From: Candidatus Hydrogenedentota bacterium
GTDB taxonomy: Bacteria; Hydrogenedentota; Hydrogenedentia; Hydrogenedentales; SLHB01
Reading direction: 5' to 3'
DNA length: 64,000 nucleotides
Assembly: GCA_016209895.1 (NCBI GenBank)
Contig: JACQVH010000109.1
Location: 8,732-72,731, forward strand
Below, piece after piece: positions 17,080 to 27,226 of this stretch (positions are counted from its first letter, which is position 1; each line of letters starts with the position of its first letter). Below the pieces are notes generated by a model. It was not told the origin of the DNA. It saw only the letters and a program-made list of their open reading frames with translations, and did not search any database. A program made the translations under genes and the position numbers.

Positions 17080-18243
17080 ATGATGTGCGCATCATTCATG
17101 GCCACCGTCTTATGGTTTGTCTCGACGCAGGCACCAGCGTCCGGTTCGGACGACTCGGCCGGGAAGGAAGCAGCGTCTAATGTAGATCAGATCATGCAGC
17201 GAATCAAGGAGTTCCCGTTCAATCCGATTCGGGATGGGCGCACGCGAGAGCCGGCACTCGACCATGATGGGGTGGCCAATCTCGCCGACGGGGCGTGGCG
17301 GGTACGCGTATTGGCGATTCGCGACTTGGCTCGGCTGGGGGCCGCGGCCGTCCCCGAGGTTGTCGAGTATCTGAATGATGAGAATCCCCATGTGCGACAC
17401 GTAGCGGCGTTCGCGCTAGGATTCCATCCCGGAGAAGCATCCGATAAGGCATTGATAGACCTGCTCCGGCGCGACCCGGATTCGGTCGTTCGTTCGCAGG
17501 CGGTCATTTCGTTGAGCCAGTTGAAGAGTCAGGCGGCATTGACGTTGCTCGAGGACTTGGCGCAAAACGACGCCAGCCGGGACGTCCGGCACCAGTGCGA
17601 CCTCGCCGCCTACCGGATTACGAAATACCCAGGGCCCGAGACGGGTCTTGCGGCCGCCTATGCGCGACTGGACGAATCAAAATTTGAGCAAATCCGTGTG
17701 GGACAGCCCGCCCTTGATTTCGAACTGGCCGATACCGACGGGAACAACTGGCGTCTTACCGATTTCCGCGGGAAGAAGTCCGTGGTCCTCATCTGGATAT
17801 TTGCGGATTGGTGCCCGGTTTGTCACAACGAATTTCGCGAGCTCATTCAACTCAAGGAAGAATATGCGGCCCACAACGTGGAAGTGGTTACCATCGAATG
17901 CCACGATGCGTACCGTGGCCGCGTCATGGTCGGACGCGAGTTTCAACCTAAGTACTGGTTTACCAAAGAATCTCCGCAGGGGTTCTACCAGGGGAGAATC
18001 TGGTGGCGTCACCTGGTTGACCCGGCCGGATCGGTTGGCGCCACGTATGGCGTGCAACCGATGGAATTTGTCGTGCACTCCGAGTGGATAAACCGACCCG
18101 CCACGGTAATCGTGGACAAGGAAGGAATCGTGCAGTTCGCATACTACGGAACCTACTGGGGCGACCGACCCAGTATCGAACAAACTTTGGGAATGGTCCG
18201 TAGCGGCAACTTCGCTTTTGAACACCCGAAGCGTCTGAAGTAG
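17080..18243 (+). CDS. Secreted fusion protein: HEAT-repeat domain plus a thioredoxin-fold redoxin (AhpC/TSA / TlpA-like) domain
   Basis: A signal peptide is present. HEAT-like repeats follow (VRVLAIRDLARLG..VPEVVEYLNDENPHVRHVAAFAL.., VRSQAVISL). The C-terminal part carries the redoxin motif WCPVCHNEF. GGGAGGAG ribosome-binding site. Confidence 0.65.
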   Translation: MMCASFMATVLWFVSTQAPASGSDDSAGKEAASNVDQIMQRIKEFPFNPIRDGRTREPALDHDGVANLADGAWRVRVLAIRDLARLGAAAVPEVVEYLNDENPHVRHVAAFALGFHPGEASDKALIDLLRRDPDSVVRSQAVISLSQLKSQAALTLLEDLAQNDASRDVRHQCDLAAYRITKYPGPETGLAAAYARLDESKFEQIRVGQPALDFELADTDGNNWRLTDFRGKKSVVLIWIFADWCPVCHNEFRELIQLKEEYAAHNVEVVTIECHDAYRGRVMVGREFQPKYWFTKESPQGFYQGRIWWRHLVDPAGSVGATYGVQPMEFVVHSEWINRPATVIVDKEGIVQFAYYGTYWGDRPSIEQTLGMVRSGNFAFEHPKRLK

Positions 18244-19314
18244 GCGCGGGCGCCCGCCTTGCGGGACCAAAGGCTGGGATGCCGGCACTGCCGAAGTTGC
18301 CGTCGGGCATTCCGGCACTTGCAAAGCCGGACCGTCCCCAAGCCCCCGCAAAGAGACCAGCCCGCAGTCCGCAATTGCCAAACGTCCCTATGCTGCCATC
18401 GCCGCATGCGCCGGGGCGGTAGCGCGACGCGATGAAATCAGTTTCGCAGGCGTCACAAAACAAAACCCTTAACTTAGCGCCATTCAGTAGCGTCCCCATT
18501 TCTCAAGATACTTATCTTGGCCGTGCATCAGTATTGCTGCGTTGATTCGAAATCTGATAGTCAATCTCTAAATCGCCGTACGTGGACTCCGAATATAGGA
18601 CATCTTCAGGCAGACACGTTGGACATTGAATACGAACCACGTTCTCCGGGAACGACTAAATTGAGCACATCAACCAGTACGCCATACCATCCACGCATGA
18701 AAACGTACAACGTCACGCATAAAATGGCAACAATGATCGTTGCCTTGATCACGTTCTTCGACGATTTATTCATTTGGCCCCTGAAGTGACTGCCGCTGTT
18801 CCAGGGCGAAATCTGGGCGAAATTTGGAAATCTACCAGATTCAATGTCTAAGGGCAACGCACGGGGCTGTATATCCGGGGGACCTTTTGATCGTGGACTG
18901 CTGAAATTCGCACCCTGGCCCCGGATTCCCCGGATAACCGTCCGAGTTTGTCCGTGTCGGCCCCTTTGAGTTCTGCGCGCTTCGAGTTCCTTGCGATTAA
19001 ATCAGAAAAAAAGAACAGCCACGAAGAACCGCCTCTTCGTACCCTTCGCGGTTCCTCAAGACGTATTTCGCATCTTTCACTTTTTACATAGGTCGAGTGC
19101 AACGCCCGGGGCTATATATATAGAGGGATATTTGCAACCCAGAGGACCAGACCCAAACATGGAAACCACTTACGCCACGGGCAAAACTGAACCGACGCCC
19201 CACCACACCCACCATACCTTCTATGCCCCACTCCGCACTTGCGTGCCACTCGCACATTCCCAACGCTCTTGTCAATCGTGGTCATGGCCGCGCTCGGCCA
19301 ATTCCTACAAAAAT

Positions 19315-19412
19315 GTATCACGCTTTTGTACCGATTTTGATCTCTTTTGTGCCACTTTGTACCGATTTTCACAAAAAAAGTCCGCTTTTGTACCGATTTT
19401 GTACCGTTTTTT
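19315..19412. repeat. Four copies of the direct repeat TTTTGTACCGATTTT (tandem to closely spaced), within a 1 kb AT-rich intergenic region
   Basis: Copies: cgcttttgtaccgattttga, ccactttgtaccgattttca, cgcttttgtaccgattttgtaccgtttttt. Confidence 0.8.
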
Positions 19413-19560
19413 CGCGCCAAATTCCCTTCTCACCTCGGCTTCTCTCATTGCACGCCAAGGACTTACGCTTCAGCACCCCCGCCCGCCCCTGTCAAAAAGC
19501 GACCGGATCGCATGCGGAATGCGGAACGTCCCACGTACCGTGTTCATCGGACACTACAGC

Positions 19561-22500
19561 TCATTCTCCACCGCCTTGCTTCTTCTCGAGAGTTTCGATC
19601 AGTGCCGCGATGCGTTCACGGGCGGCGAGAATGGTTTTCGGGTCTTCGGTGAAGATCTTGTTGTCCACGAGGACCTGGGGATCGATCGCGAGTTCCGCTT
19701 GGGTGCGCGCACGCAGATCCGGCGGGATGCTGTCGCCCATAGACTCGAGGAGCGTCTTGAGCAGATGCAAGTATTCGTAGTCCTCGATGCCGTCGCGGAC
19801 CGCCTCGAAGCGGGTCGAGCCGAGGGGCGTGCCGTCCGGGCCGGGGTAGATCAGATAGCCGCAGCCGTTGTGGCCGGGCTGCTCGTTCCAGGGAATCCAG
19901 TCCACTTCCGGCCAGCGTTTATCGCTTGTGCAGTTCAGGTTCCAATGCGTGGTGCCCCAATAGAGGAAACCTTCCGCGCCGTATTTCCAGCATTCCCAGA
20001 ACATGAGCCGGTGGTCGGTGGCGGGAAACTCGATCATGATGCCGGGCCGGCCCCAGACCGTGTAGAACCAGAGGCGTTCGCCCTTCGCCTTCCGGTCTTC
20101 GAGCACTTGCGGGTCGAAATGGTCAATCACCGGGCACCAGATATCCACGGCGCCGAACAACGACGGTTCCGGCGCGCTGGTCTCGAGCCTGGGCCACCAG
20201 GACATGGTTGTCTTGAGCCAAGCATTGGTTTCGACAAACTGCGGAATGGCGTGGCGCGTCATCACGGCCACCTCGTCCCAACTATAAAAGAGCGCCATCT
20301 GGTCCCAGCCCTTTTGTTCGAGCAAGGCGCGCGTGGTCCGAACATTCTCCAGGAACTCGGTTCGCTCTTTCTCGGTGGCCAGCCCGGGAACGCCGATGAA
20401 GAAGTTGTTCTGGCCGTTCGCCATCAGATACTCGAAGTCTTCCATCATGCCCTCGCCGTTGAGCGGGAAATCCTTGATCGGCCCCGCGCGATGATCGAGA
20501 TGATACTGGTAGAAACGCTTGCGGACCTCGAGTGGCGTTCGGTCCGAGTATTTGTAAAACCGCTGCAGCCAGCTCTCATTCATCCAAAACGACGTTTTCA
20601 GGTGCGTTTCCTTCGGAAGCGCAAAGTCCCACACGTGCGCCTGGAAGGGAAGGTTTACCGGCGAGCAACCGTCCGCGACGATGTGGATTTCCCCGGCATA
20701 GTCGCCGGCGGGCGTGTCGTCACGGGTCCGCACGGTGACGAAGTACGGCTGGGCGTCCTGGTCGGCGGCAACGTCTATCGGCGAATCGGAAAACGTGATG
20801 TCCGGCCACCAACCCTGCTTCTCCACGCGGAAGTTGTATTCGGAGGGACCAATCTTCACGTAGCCGATCCGGTAAACGAGAATGTCTTCGCTGGGGATGC
20901 GGCTCGATCCGCCGATTTGGTTGAGATCGGTGACGGTTATGCGAAGATTCTTGAGGTCTTTCCAGAGTGGTACTACAACGATTTGAACGCCTTCCAGTTC
21001 ATTCGCTGCCAACGAAACCGAACTGGGCCAAGCCTCGGCATCCTTCCGGAGATACGGTTCATCCTTGAACACTTTTTTCAACTGCGTGTCCGATACGACC
21101 GCGAAATCCAGCTTTGTTCCGGGCGTACGCTCCGCAGCCCGAAGACGCGCCCCTTCGCGACGAGTCTCCCGCAACGCTTCATGAACTCGTTTGACCGCCG
21201 CTTCGCGCGCTCGCATGGAGGCGTTCTTATCTTGTCTCGCGTCCGTGATCTCTTTCCGCGCATGGTCCGCTGCCGCCCGCAACGCCGTTTGGCCTCGCTC
21301 TACGGCTTCGTTATCACTCAGTTTATTTACCAATCGCTGTCCTTCCGTCAGCAGGTCGTCCAGTTCTTCTTCCTCGAAGCCGTAACTGTGAAGATGATTC
21401 AGGCCTACTTTCTCGGCCAGCGTTTCTCCGGTTCCAATATCGAAGAGTCGCAGCCGGAGTTCGTATTCGCCTTCGAACAGCGCCGGAAAGTCCAGGTACG
21501 CGCGTGCGTTCTCATACGGCTCGAATCGTCCTGTTGTTACTTGGGCGATGGGCAAGCCTACCGGCGGCAGCGCTGCCGGCGGCAGCAGTTTCGCATGTAC
21601 TTCAAGACGGCGCGGTCGCTGCGAATTGTTTGTGAACGAGAACTCCACCCGGTTTGTGCCCATTTGCAACGGGCCGAACGACTTGAACTCGAGGTCCGCG
21701 AGCCGCTTCTCCGGAATTTCTACACCGCGTGGCAGAAATGGCACACCGGTGTAATTACCCGTAAGTTGCGCGTCATGCGAGATGCAGGGCCATGGAACGC
21801 GTTCCGGATGGTAGGCTCCGTCCACGGTCACGCAATAGACGAATCGGTCTTTGCTGGTGAATACAATCTCAGTCTGGCCGTCGCCGTCCACGTCCCCGAT
21901 AGCGGGAGTCGTCAGCGACCCGGCCTCGGACGGATACGTCCACGCCTCTTGACCGTCCGCCGTCAGGCAAGTGAGTCGGTTCCCGCGCGAGCAGACCAGG
22001 ACATCCAGTTTCCCGTCGCCATCCACGTCGCCAATGGAAGGCCCTTGCACCACGCCCCCGCCGACGTTCGCGGCCCAGAGGCTTTGGCCGTCCCGCAGCC
22101 GGTACACGTACCCCGAACTGTCTCCGCAAAGGATGTCCAGCTTGCCCGAACCGTCGAAATCCGCGAGCGCAAAGGTGCCGGTTTGATCAAGAGAACCTTT
22201 GCCTTTCCAGCGCCACCGCTCTTGACCAGTCGCGGCGTTCGACACCACCACCTGGAAATCTTCCGTGGCCCAGATGACTTCCGCCTGACCATCGTGATCG
22301 AGGTCGCCGACCGCCGGACCGGAGCGACGCTCGCCGCGTGCTCCCGGTTCGTTCTGCGACCACAGCATCTGAGGTCCTGCCTCGAGGCAGGCAGCCCTGC
22401 CTCGGCTGAAGACCGCGTACACGTGTGCCGTATGCGACAACGCGTTGTAAGCGACGGCTGGTATGCCGCGAACGGCGCCGTCGCCCTGATAATGCCAGCG

Positions 22501-23010
22501 TTCCATGCCGCAATCATCAAGGCAGTACAAGCTGCCGTCTTCTGCCCCGACGAGCACTTCAATGGCGCCATCGCCGTCCATATCGGCCAGTACCGGTCCG
22601 CTGTAGTTGACGCCGCTGCCGAGATACGTCCGCCAGAGGAGCCGGCCTTGGTAGTCCAGACAGCCCACGATCCCGTTCATGTCCGCGAAGTAGATTTCCA
22701 GCCTGCCGTCACCGTCGGCATCTACGGCGGAGGCGGTGGCCTGAATGCCGTCGTTATTGGCCCCGTCAACGCGGTAGGACCAGAGCAGTTCCCCCATGCC
22801 GCTCAAACAGAGGACGCGCTTGTCCCGCGAGGCACAGACGATGATCTCCGTGCGTCCGTCGCCATCCACGTCGGCCAAAATCGGCGACGCATATATTTTC
22901 CCTTCCGTTTCGAATGCCCACTCCAACCGCGGCGCCAACGCCAAAGCGGCAGATGGAAGTACGATCAGAATGACATAGAATCGAATCCCACGGATCATAT
23001 TGTTCGCCAT
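19561..23010 (-). CDS. Large secreted protein: N-terminal FG-GAP/PQQ-like beta-propeller repeats, a coiled-coil segment and a C-terminal DUF4091-type glycoside-hydrolase-like domain
   Basis: A signal peptide is present. There are at least seven DxDGDG repeats (LADVDGDGRTEIIV, AVDADGDGRLEIYF, LADMDGDGAIEVLV...). The C-terminal region has WFYTVWGRPG and related DUF4091-like motifs. AAGGGG ribosome-binding site before MANNM. Confidence 0.7.
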   Translation of the reverse strand: MANNMIRGIRFYVILIVLPSAALALAPRLEWAFETEGKIYASPILADVDGDGRTEIIVCASRDKRVLCLSGMGELLWSYRVDGANNDGIQATASAVDADGDGRLEIYFADMNGIVGCLDYQGRLLWRTYLGSGVNYSGPVLADMDGDGAIEVLVGAEDGSLYCLDDCGMERWHYQGDGAVRGIPAVAYNALSHTAHVYAVFSRGRAACLEAGPQMLWSQNEPGARGERRSGPAVGDLDHDGQAEVIWATEDFQVVVSNAATGQERWRWKGKGSLDQTGTFALADFDGSGKLDILCGDSSGYVYRLRDGQSLWAANVGGGVVQGPSIGDVDGDGKLDVLVCSRGNRLTCLTADGQEAWTYPSEAGSLTTPAIGDVDGDGQTEIVFTSKDRFVYCVTVDGAYHPERVPWPCISHDAQLTGNYTGVPFLPRGVEIPEKRLADLEFKSFGPLQMGTNRVEFSFTNNSQRPRRLEVHAKLLPPAALPPVGLPIAQVTTGRFEPYENARAYLDFPALFEGEYELRLRLFDIGTGETLAEKVGLNHLHSYGFEEEELDDLLTEGQRLVNKLSDNEAVERGQTALRAAADHARKEITDARQDKNASMRAREAAVKRVHEALRETRREGARLRAAERTPGTKLDFAVVSDTQLKKVFKDEPYLRKDAEAWPSSVSLAANELEGVQIVVVPLWKDLKNLRITVTDLNQIGGSSRIPSEDILVYRIGYVKIGPSEYNFRVEKQGWWPDITFSDSPIDVAADQDAQPYFVTVRTRDDTPAGDYAGEIHIVADGCSPVNLPFQAHVWDFALPKETHLKTSFWMNESWLQRFYKYSDRTPLEVRKRFYQYHLDHRAGPIKDFPLNGEGMMEDFEYLMANGQNNFFIGVPGLATEKERTEFLENVRTTRALLEQKGWDQMALFYSWDEVAVMTRHAIPQFVETNAWLKTTMSWWPRLETSAPEPSLFGAVDIWCPVIDHFDPQVLEDRKAKGERLWFYTVWGRPGIMIEFPATDHRLMFWECWKYGAEGFLYWGTTHWNLNCTSDKRWPEVDWIPWNEQPGHNGCGYLIYPGPDGTPLGSTRFEAVRDGIEDYEYLHLLKTLLESMGDSIPPDLRARTQAELAIDPQVLVDNKIFTEDPKTILAARERIAALIETLEKKQGGGE

Positions 23011-23262
23011 ACGAAGGCCCCTTGATTTGCTTCCCTCACCCAATCTCGAAATGCATCCTCGAACCCGTCCCTGCAACTATACACCTGCTCGTCGTCAGGC
23101 ACGAAGCGTAGTGAGGTGCCGTCCCGCGACCGGAATACGTACTTGTCGTTCCGATGTTCACGCTTGCAGGGCTACGGTTCGGGGTCGGAATGGCGGCCTC
23201 GACTTTATTTCCGCGTTGGTTAACGCAGCGGAAGACTTCTGAATCGTTGGGAGCGAACCACC

Positions 23263-24222
23263 ATGGAACTCGAGCGCAGGACTTTTTTGAAGATGACGGC
23301 GGCCACCGCCGTGGGCTTCGCATGGCCCGCCATCGCCGCCGAGATGGAAAAACGCAACGACATGCCCTATCGCGTATTGGGTAAGACCGGCGAGAAAGTG
23401 TCGCTCTTGTGCTTGGGCGGCTATCACGTCGGCAGCGGTGCGTTGACGGATGATGAGGCCGTGCGGATCATCCGCACGGCGATTGACGAAGGTGTGAACT
23501 TTCTCGATAACGCCTGGCAGTACAACGGCGGACGGAGCGAGGAACGTGTCGGCCTAGCGCTCAAGGACGGATATCGCGAGAAGGTCTTCCTGATGACCAA
23601 GCATAAAGGGCGCGACCGCCAGACCGCGCAACAGCATCTTGAAACGAGTCTGCGCCGCTTCCAAGTGGACTGCATAGACTTGTGGCAATTCCACGAGGTG
23701 GTCCATGCGGGCGAACCTGAACGCATCTACACGCAGGGCGCGATTGAATTCGCGCTCGAAGCGAAAACCCAGGGCAAGATTCGCTACATCGGATTCACCG
23801 GCCACGCCGTCCCGGAACTCTTGAACGAAATGATTGACCGCGGTTTCAACTGGGACACGGTGCAGATGCCGCTCAACTGTTTCGACCCGCATTACACCAG
23901 TTTCGAAAAAGGGGTCATGCCGAAAGCATTGGAGAAGAAGATTGGCGTGATTGCCATGAAGACGTTGGGTGGCACGCCGGGACAAATCCCGGGAACGAAA
24001 ATCGCCAGCATACCCGAATGTTTGCACTATGCGATGAACTTACCGGTTTCCACTGTGTGCTCAGGCATAGATTCGATGGACAAACTGCGCGAGAACCTCG
24101 CCGCGGCCAAATCTTTCAAGCCCTTGACTGCCGAAAAAGTCGCCGAGCTCCTGGAACGGACTCGAACGGCCGCGCTCGAGGGCCGCTATGAACCGTACAA
24201 ATCGTCCTGGCACCGCGCCTAA
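23263..24222 (+). CDS. Aldo/keto reductase with a twin-arginine (Tat) signal peptide
   Basis: A Tat motif (MELERRTFLKMTAATAVGFAWPAIAA) is followed by AKR motifs (FLDNAWQYNGGRSEE, IDLWQFHEV). Confidence 0.8.
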   Translation: MELERRTFLKMTAATAVGFAWPAIAAEMEKRNDMPYRVLGKTGEKVSLLCLGGYHVGSGALTDDEAVRIIRTAIDEGVNFLDNAWQYNGGRSEERVGLALKDGYREKVFLMTKHKGRDRQTAQQHLETSLRRFQVDCIDLWQFHEVVHAGEPERIYTQGAIEFALEAKTQGKIRYIGFTGHAVPELLNEMIDRGFNWDTVQMPLNCFDPHYTSFEKGVMPKALEKKIGVIAMKTLGGTPGQIPGTKIASIPECLHYAMNLPVSTVCSGIDSMDKLRENLAAAKSFKPLTAEKVAELLERTRTAALEGRYEPYKSSWHRA

Positions 24223-24881
24223 ATTAGCTTCAGTCAATCGCTGGGCTTGGTACCGGACCCCGGGTTGTCAACTTTTCCTTCGTCGCGCGCGTTGAATTCT
24301 TGGATTGTCTTAGTGTATCGTGTCGTTTCGATGACCATTTCCCCACGCATGCTTCCGGGCGCCAAGTCTTTGCATTGGGCCTGACGGGCGGGAAAGAGCT
24401 TGCTTCTCGAGGAAGCGGCTCCCGCTCGGCAAGGGGAGAGTTTCCCTATTTGACAATGGCTGACGAAGGTGTCAGAATTACGTTTTGTGTAACATCCCCG
24501 TCGAACGAGGGTATTCTTCGTCGAAGGAGTACGAGTTTCCCTGGCGCGGGTGGATTGCGCAAACATGGGGAAAACAGACGCGGTCGTTAGCTGCACGTGC
24601 AACCCAACATGAGGCAGCAATGAACGTGGAAGGTGCGCGACGTACGGGTGAAGGGATAGCCGCCTCTATCTCGTATGCCAGATTTCGGGCGTAACCTATC
24701 GATCGGATGGCGAGTCTATCCGGTATCGCGTTTCCCAAGCGGAAGGTGGGTTCAAGACGACCCCGTGCAGGTACGAGTTAGAGAGGACTGGGAGCGACCT
24801 CCAATAAAGTTGTACGGTGTTCGGTTCAGTGTCTCCCAGCAAAGAGTTTGATGATAGTTTAGTTGTATGGAGGAGGCTTAA

Positions 24882-25865
24882 ATGCCATATTCGTATGCCA
24901 ACATTCCAGCGCGCGTCGTCGGGACAGGTTCGTATCTGCCCGAAAAGATCGTGCATAACCACGACATTCCCGGCTTGGAGCGCACCAACGGCGCGGTCGA
25001 GCGTCTTCTCGGTGCGGTGGAGCGTCGCGCTGCGCACGAGGACCAGATTTGCTCGGACATAATCGTCGCGGCCGCCCGCAAGATTCTCGAATCATCCGAG
25101 GTATTGCCGCAAGATCTCGACCGAATCATCGTCAGCGCTACACCGGGCGATTACTTCGAGCCGTGCACCGCGAGCGTCGTGCAGCACAAGCTCGGCGCGC
25201 ATTGTCCGGCGGTGGATGTTGGCATGTCGTGCGTCGGTTGGCTCGCGGGCGTGGATTATGCCTTGCGCTGCATTGCCACCGGCGAGCAACGCGTCCTGGT
25301 CTTGGCCGGAACGATCGTGTCCCGCGGCACGCCTTTCTACAACCCGATGCATCGCGCCATCTTCGGTGACGGGGCCGGCGGCGTTCTTTTGGAAGCGAAC
25401 GCCAAGCCGCATTTCCTTTCCGGCGCCTTGTGGACCGATGGGCAATATCACGATGTAATCACGATGCCCCACCGTTCCTCCGTGCATTCGCCCCGCATCC
25501 CGTCCGAGTATCGCGGCAGCTTCTTTATGGGCGAACGCCGCGTGATCAACCAGGCGCTGCGCGAGAACCTCGCGCACGGCGTCGAGGCCGTACTGCAGAC
25601 CGCCGGACTGACCCGCGACGACATTGACGTGGCCTTCATTCATCAACCGAGCAAGCCGCTCTATGAAGAGGCCGTCAAGGCCGTGGGGATGCCGCGGGAG
25701 AAACTGATCGAAGACTACGCGCGCTACGGCAACACTATCTCCGCTGAACTTCCGATCTCGCTCGATGAGAGTGTCCGCACTGGGCGGGTCAAACGGGGCG
25801 ACACGATCTTGAAGGTGACGTTTGGCGCCGGTTTCAGCGGCGGGTTGATGGTTTATCGCTATTGA
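24882..25865 (+). CDS. 3-oxoacyl-ACP synthase III (FabH-like KAS III) family protein
   Basis: 327 aa with a GGAGGAGG ribosome-binding site. An active-site Cys context (VDVGMSCVGWLAGVDYA) and a C-terminal FGAGFSGG motif are typical of FabH-type condensing enzymes. Confidence 0.75.
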   Translation: MPYSYANIPARVVGTGSYLPEKIVHNHDIPGLERTNGAVERLLGAVERRAAHEDQICSDIIVAAARKILESSEVLPQDLDRIIVSATPGDYFEPCTASVVQHKLGAHCPAVDVGMSCVGWLAGVDYALRCIATGEQRVLVLAGTIVSRGTPFYNPMHRAIFGDGAGGVLLEANAKPHFLSGALWTDGQYHDVITMPHRSSVHSPRIPSEYRGSFFMGERRVINQALRENLAHGVEAVLQTAGLTRDDIDVAFIHQPSKPLYEEAVKAVGMPREKLIEDYARYGNTISAELPISLDESVRTGRVKRGDTILKVTFGAGFSGGLMVYRY

Positions 25866-27178
25866 TCGGCGCAGTTTCTCATTCGAAAGAGCCTGCCTCT
25901 AAAGAGACTCCATCATCCCCGCACCAGTCGGATAAGGCGCGCATACTCTTCACGCCCGTCTCCGATTACCTCGCGCACGTGGGCCGTTCCGTGCTGCTGG
26001 CGCGCGAACTAAAGGCGCGTGGTCATGAGATTGCGTTCGGCGGCGCGCCCCGTTATCTGTGCGATCCCAACGTGGTATCCCCCGGGGAATTCCCCGTGTT
26101 CCCCTTGCCGGATTTCGAGCAAGCCGAAGGACTCGAGGTTCTGCGCAACCTATGCAAAGTGCCATCGATCCACGTGCTGCGAACGCATCTTGACCACGAA
26201 TTTCGACTGCTCGACGAGTTCCGACCCGACCTCATCGTCTGCGACTTCCGCCTCACCATGTTCATTTCGGCTCGAGTTCGAAACATCCCCGTCGTTTCGC
26301 TGCTCGGGGGTCGGTGGCTCCATCAGTATGCCGACAAGCCCTTCCGAGGCCCGCGGACGAATCCGGTCTATCCGTGGCTGGTCTGGATGCTCGGCGAACC
26401 GCTAACGAGCCACGTGGTCATGCCGCTCCAGAAATGGGTCATGCGATACAAGATACGACCCCATTTCCGGCTGTCGCGCCAAAACGGTCTCACGCTCTCA
26501 CCGGACGTGTGGGAGTTTTTTGTCGGCGACTTTAATTTGATCCTTGATACCAATCTCGTCGGTGCCAGCGGCCCTTTGCCCGCTCACTTCCGGCGGGTCG
26601 GGCCCATCGCCTGGACGCCCCACATTCCCCTGCCCGATTGGGTGAATTTACTCGACCGGGACCGTCCCATTATTTACGTTACGATGGGTAGTACCGGTCA
26701 CCCGGACCTGTTCCAGAGTCTCATCACGCTCTTGGCCGACAAGCCGTACACGGTCATCATCAGCACGGGCGGTCAATTCGAAATCGCACCCGCTTCGGTC
26801 CCGTCCAATTTCCGGGTGGTCAAGTATCTTCCCGGAGAGAAAATCATGGCGTTGTCCGACTTGGTGATTTTTCACGGCGGAGCGGGCACGGGATATCAGG
26901 CCATCCAGACCGGGACGCCGGGCATCGCAATCGCGACGCATCTGGAGCAGGAATTCATCGCCGAAGTACTCGAAGAACACCGCGCCGGCGTTTTCCTGAC
27001 GATGCGAGAAGTTTTACGTCGCCCTAGCGTGGTCCTGCGCGCTATCGAAGAAATGCTCGCCGATTTGGAAACGTTCCGCGCCCACATGCAGGTTCTACGT
27101 AACGAGTTCCACCAATACCGACCGCTACCCGACTCCGCCGACGCCATCGAACAGTTCCTCCGAACGTATCATCAATGA
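25862..27178 (+). CDS. GT1-family glycosyltransferase (UDP-glycosyltransferase / MGT-like)
   Basis: A C-terminal nucleotide-sugar-binding signature (HGGAGTGYQAIQTGTPGIAIATHLEQEFIAEV) is present. The start is uncertain: the ORF track uses TTG at 25862, which overlaps the FabH-like stop. Confidence 0.65.
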   Translation: MIGAVSHSKEPASKETPSSPHQSDKARILFTPVSDYLAHVGRSVLLARELKARGHEIAFGGAPRYLCDPNVVSPGEFPVFPLPDFEQAEGLEVLRNLCKVPSIHVLRTHLDHEFRLLDEFRPDLIVCDFRLTMFISARVRNIPVVSLLGGRWLHQYADKPFRGPRTNPVYPWLVWMLGEPLTSHVVMPLQKWVMRYKIRPHFRLSRQNGLTLSPDVWEFFVGDFNLILDTNLVGASGPLPAHFRRVGPIAWTPHIPLPDWVNLLDRDRPIIYVTMGSTGHPDLFQSLITLLADKPYTVIISTGGQFEIAPASVPSNFRVVKYLPGEKIMALSDLVIFHGGAGTGYQAIQTGTPGIAIATHLEQEFIAEVLEEHRAGVFLTMREVLRRPSVVLRAIEEMLADLETFRAHMQVLRNEFHQYRPLPDSADAIEQFLRTYHQ

Positions 27179-27226
27179 GCGCCGCGTTCGGTGCTACCAC
27201 GGCTACCATCGGTAAATCGAAAATCC

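Noticed and set aside
18517-18857. Overlapping small ORFs (90 aa +, 83 aa -) in the AT-rich region. The minus one has a TM helix.
   Set aside because: This is low-GC repeat-rich DNA where random ORFs are common. There is no ribosome-binding site and no conservation evidence available. I mention it only as a possible small membrane protein.
18991-23025. 1344-aa ORF on the + strand
   Set aside because: It is antisense to the well-supported FG-GAP/DUF4091 gene (19561..23010, minus strand). The translation is low-complexity and Arg/Ala/Pro-rich, as expected for a stop-free reverse frame of a high-GC gene, and it has no domain signature.
24223-24881. A 650-bp non-coding gap upstream of the FabH-like gene, with a TTGACA…CAGAAT promoter-like pair at about 24451, was examined for a riboswitch or small RNA
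   Set aside because: I could not recognise any known riboswitch consensus or a convincing terminator. The short ORFs there (128 aa, 96 aa) lack ribosome-binding sites and domains. I have left it unannotated.
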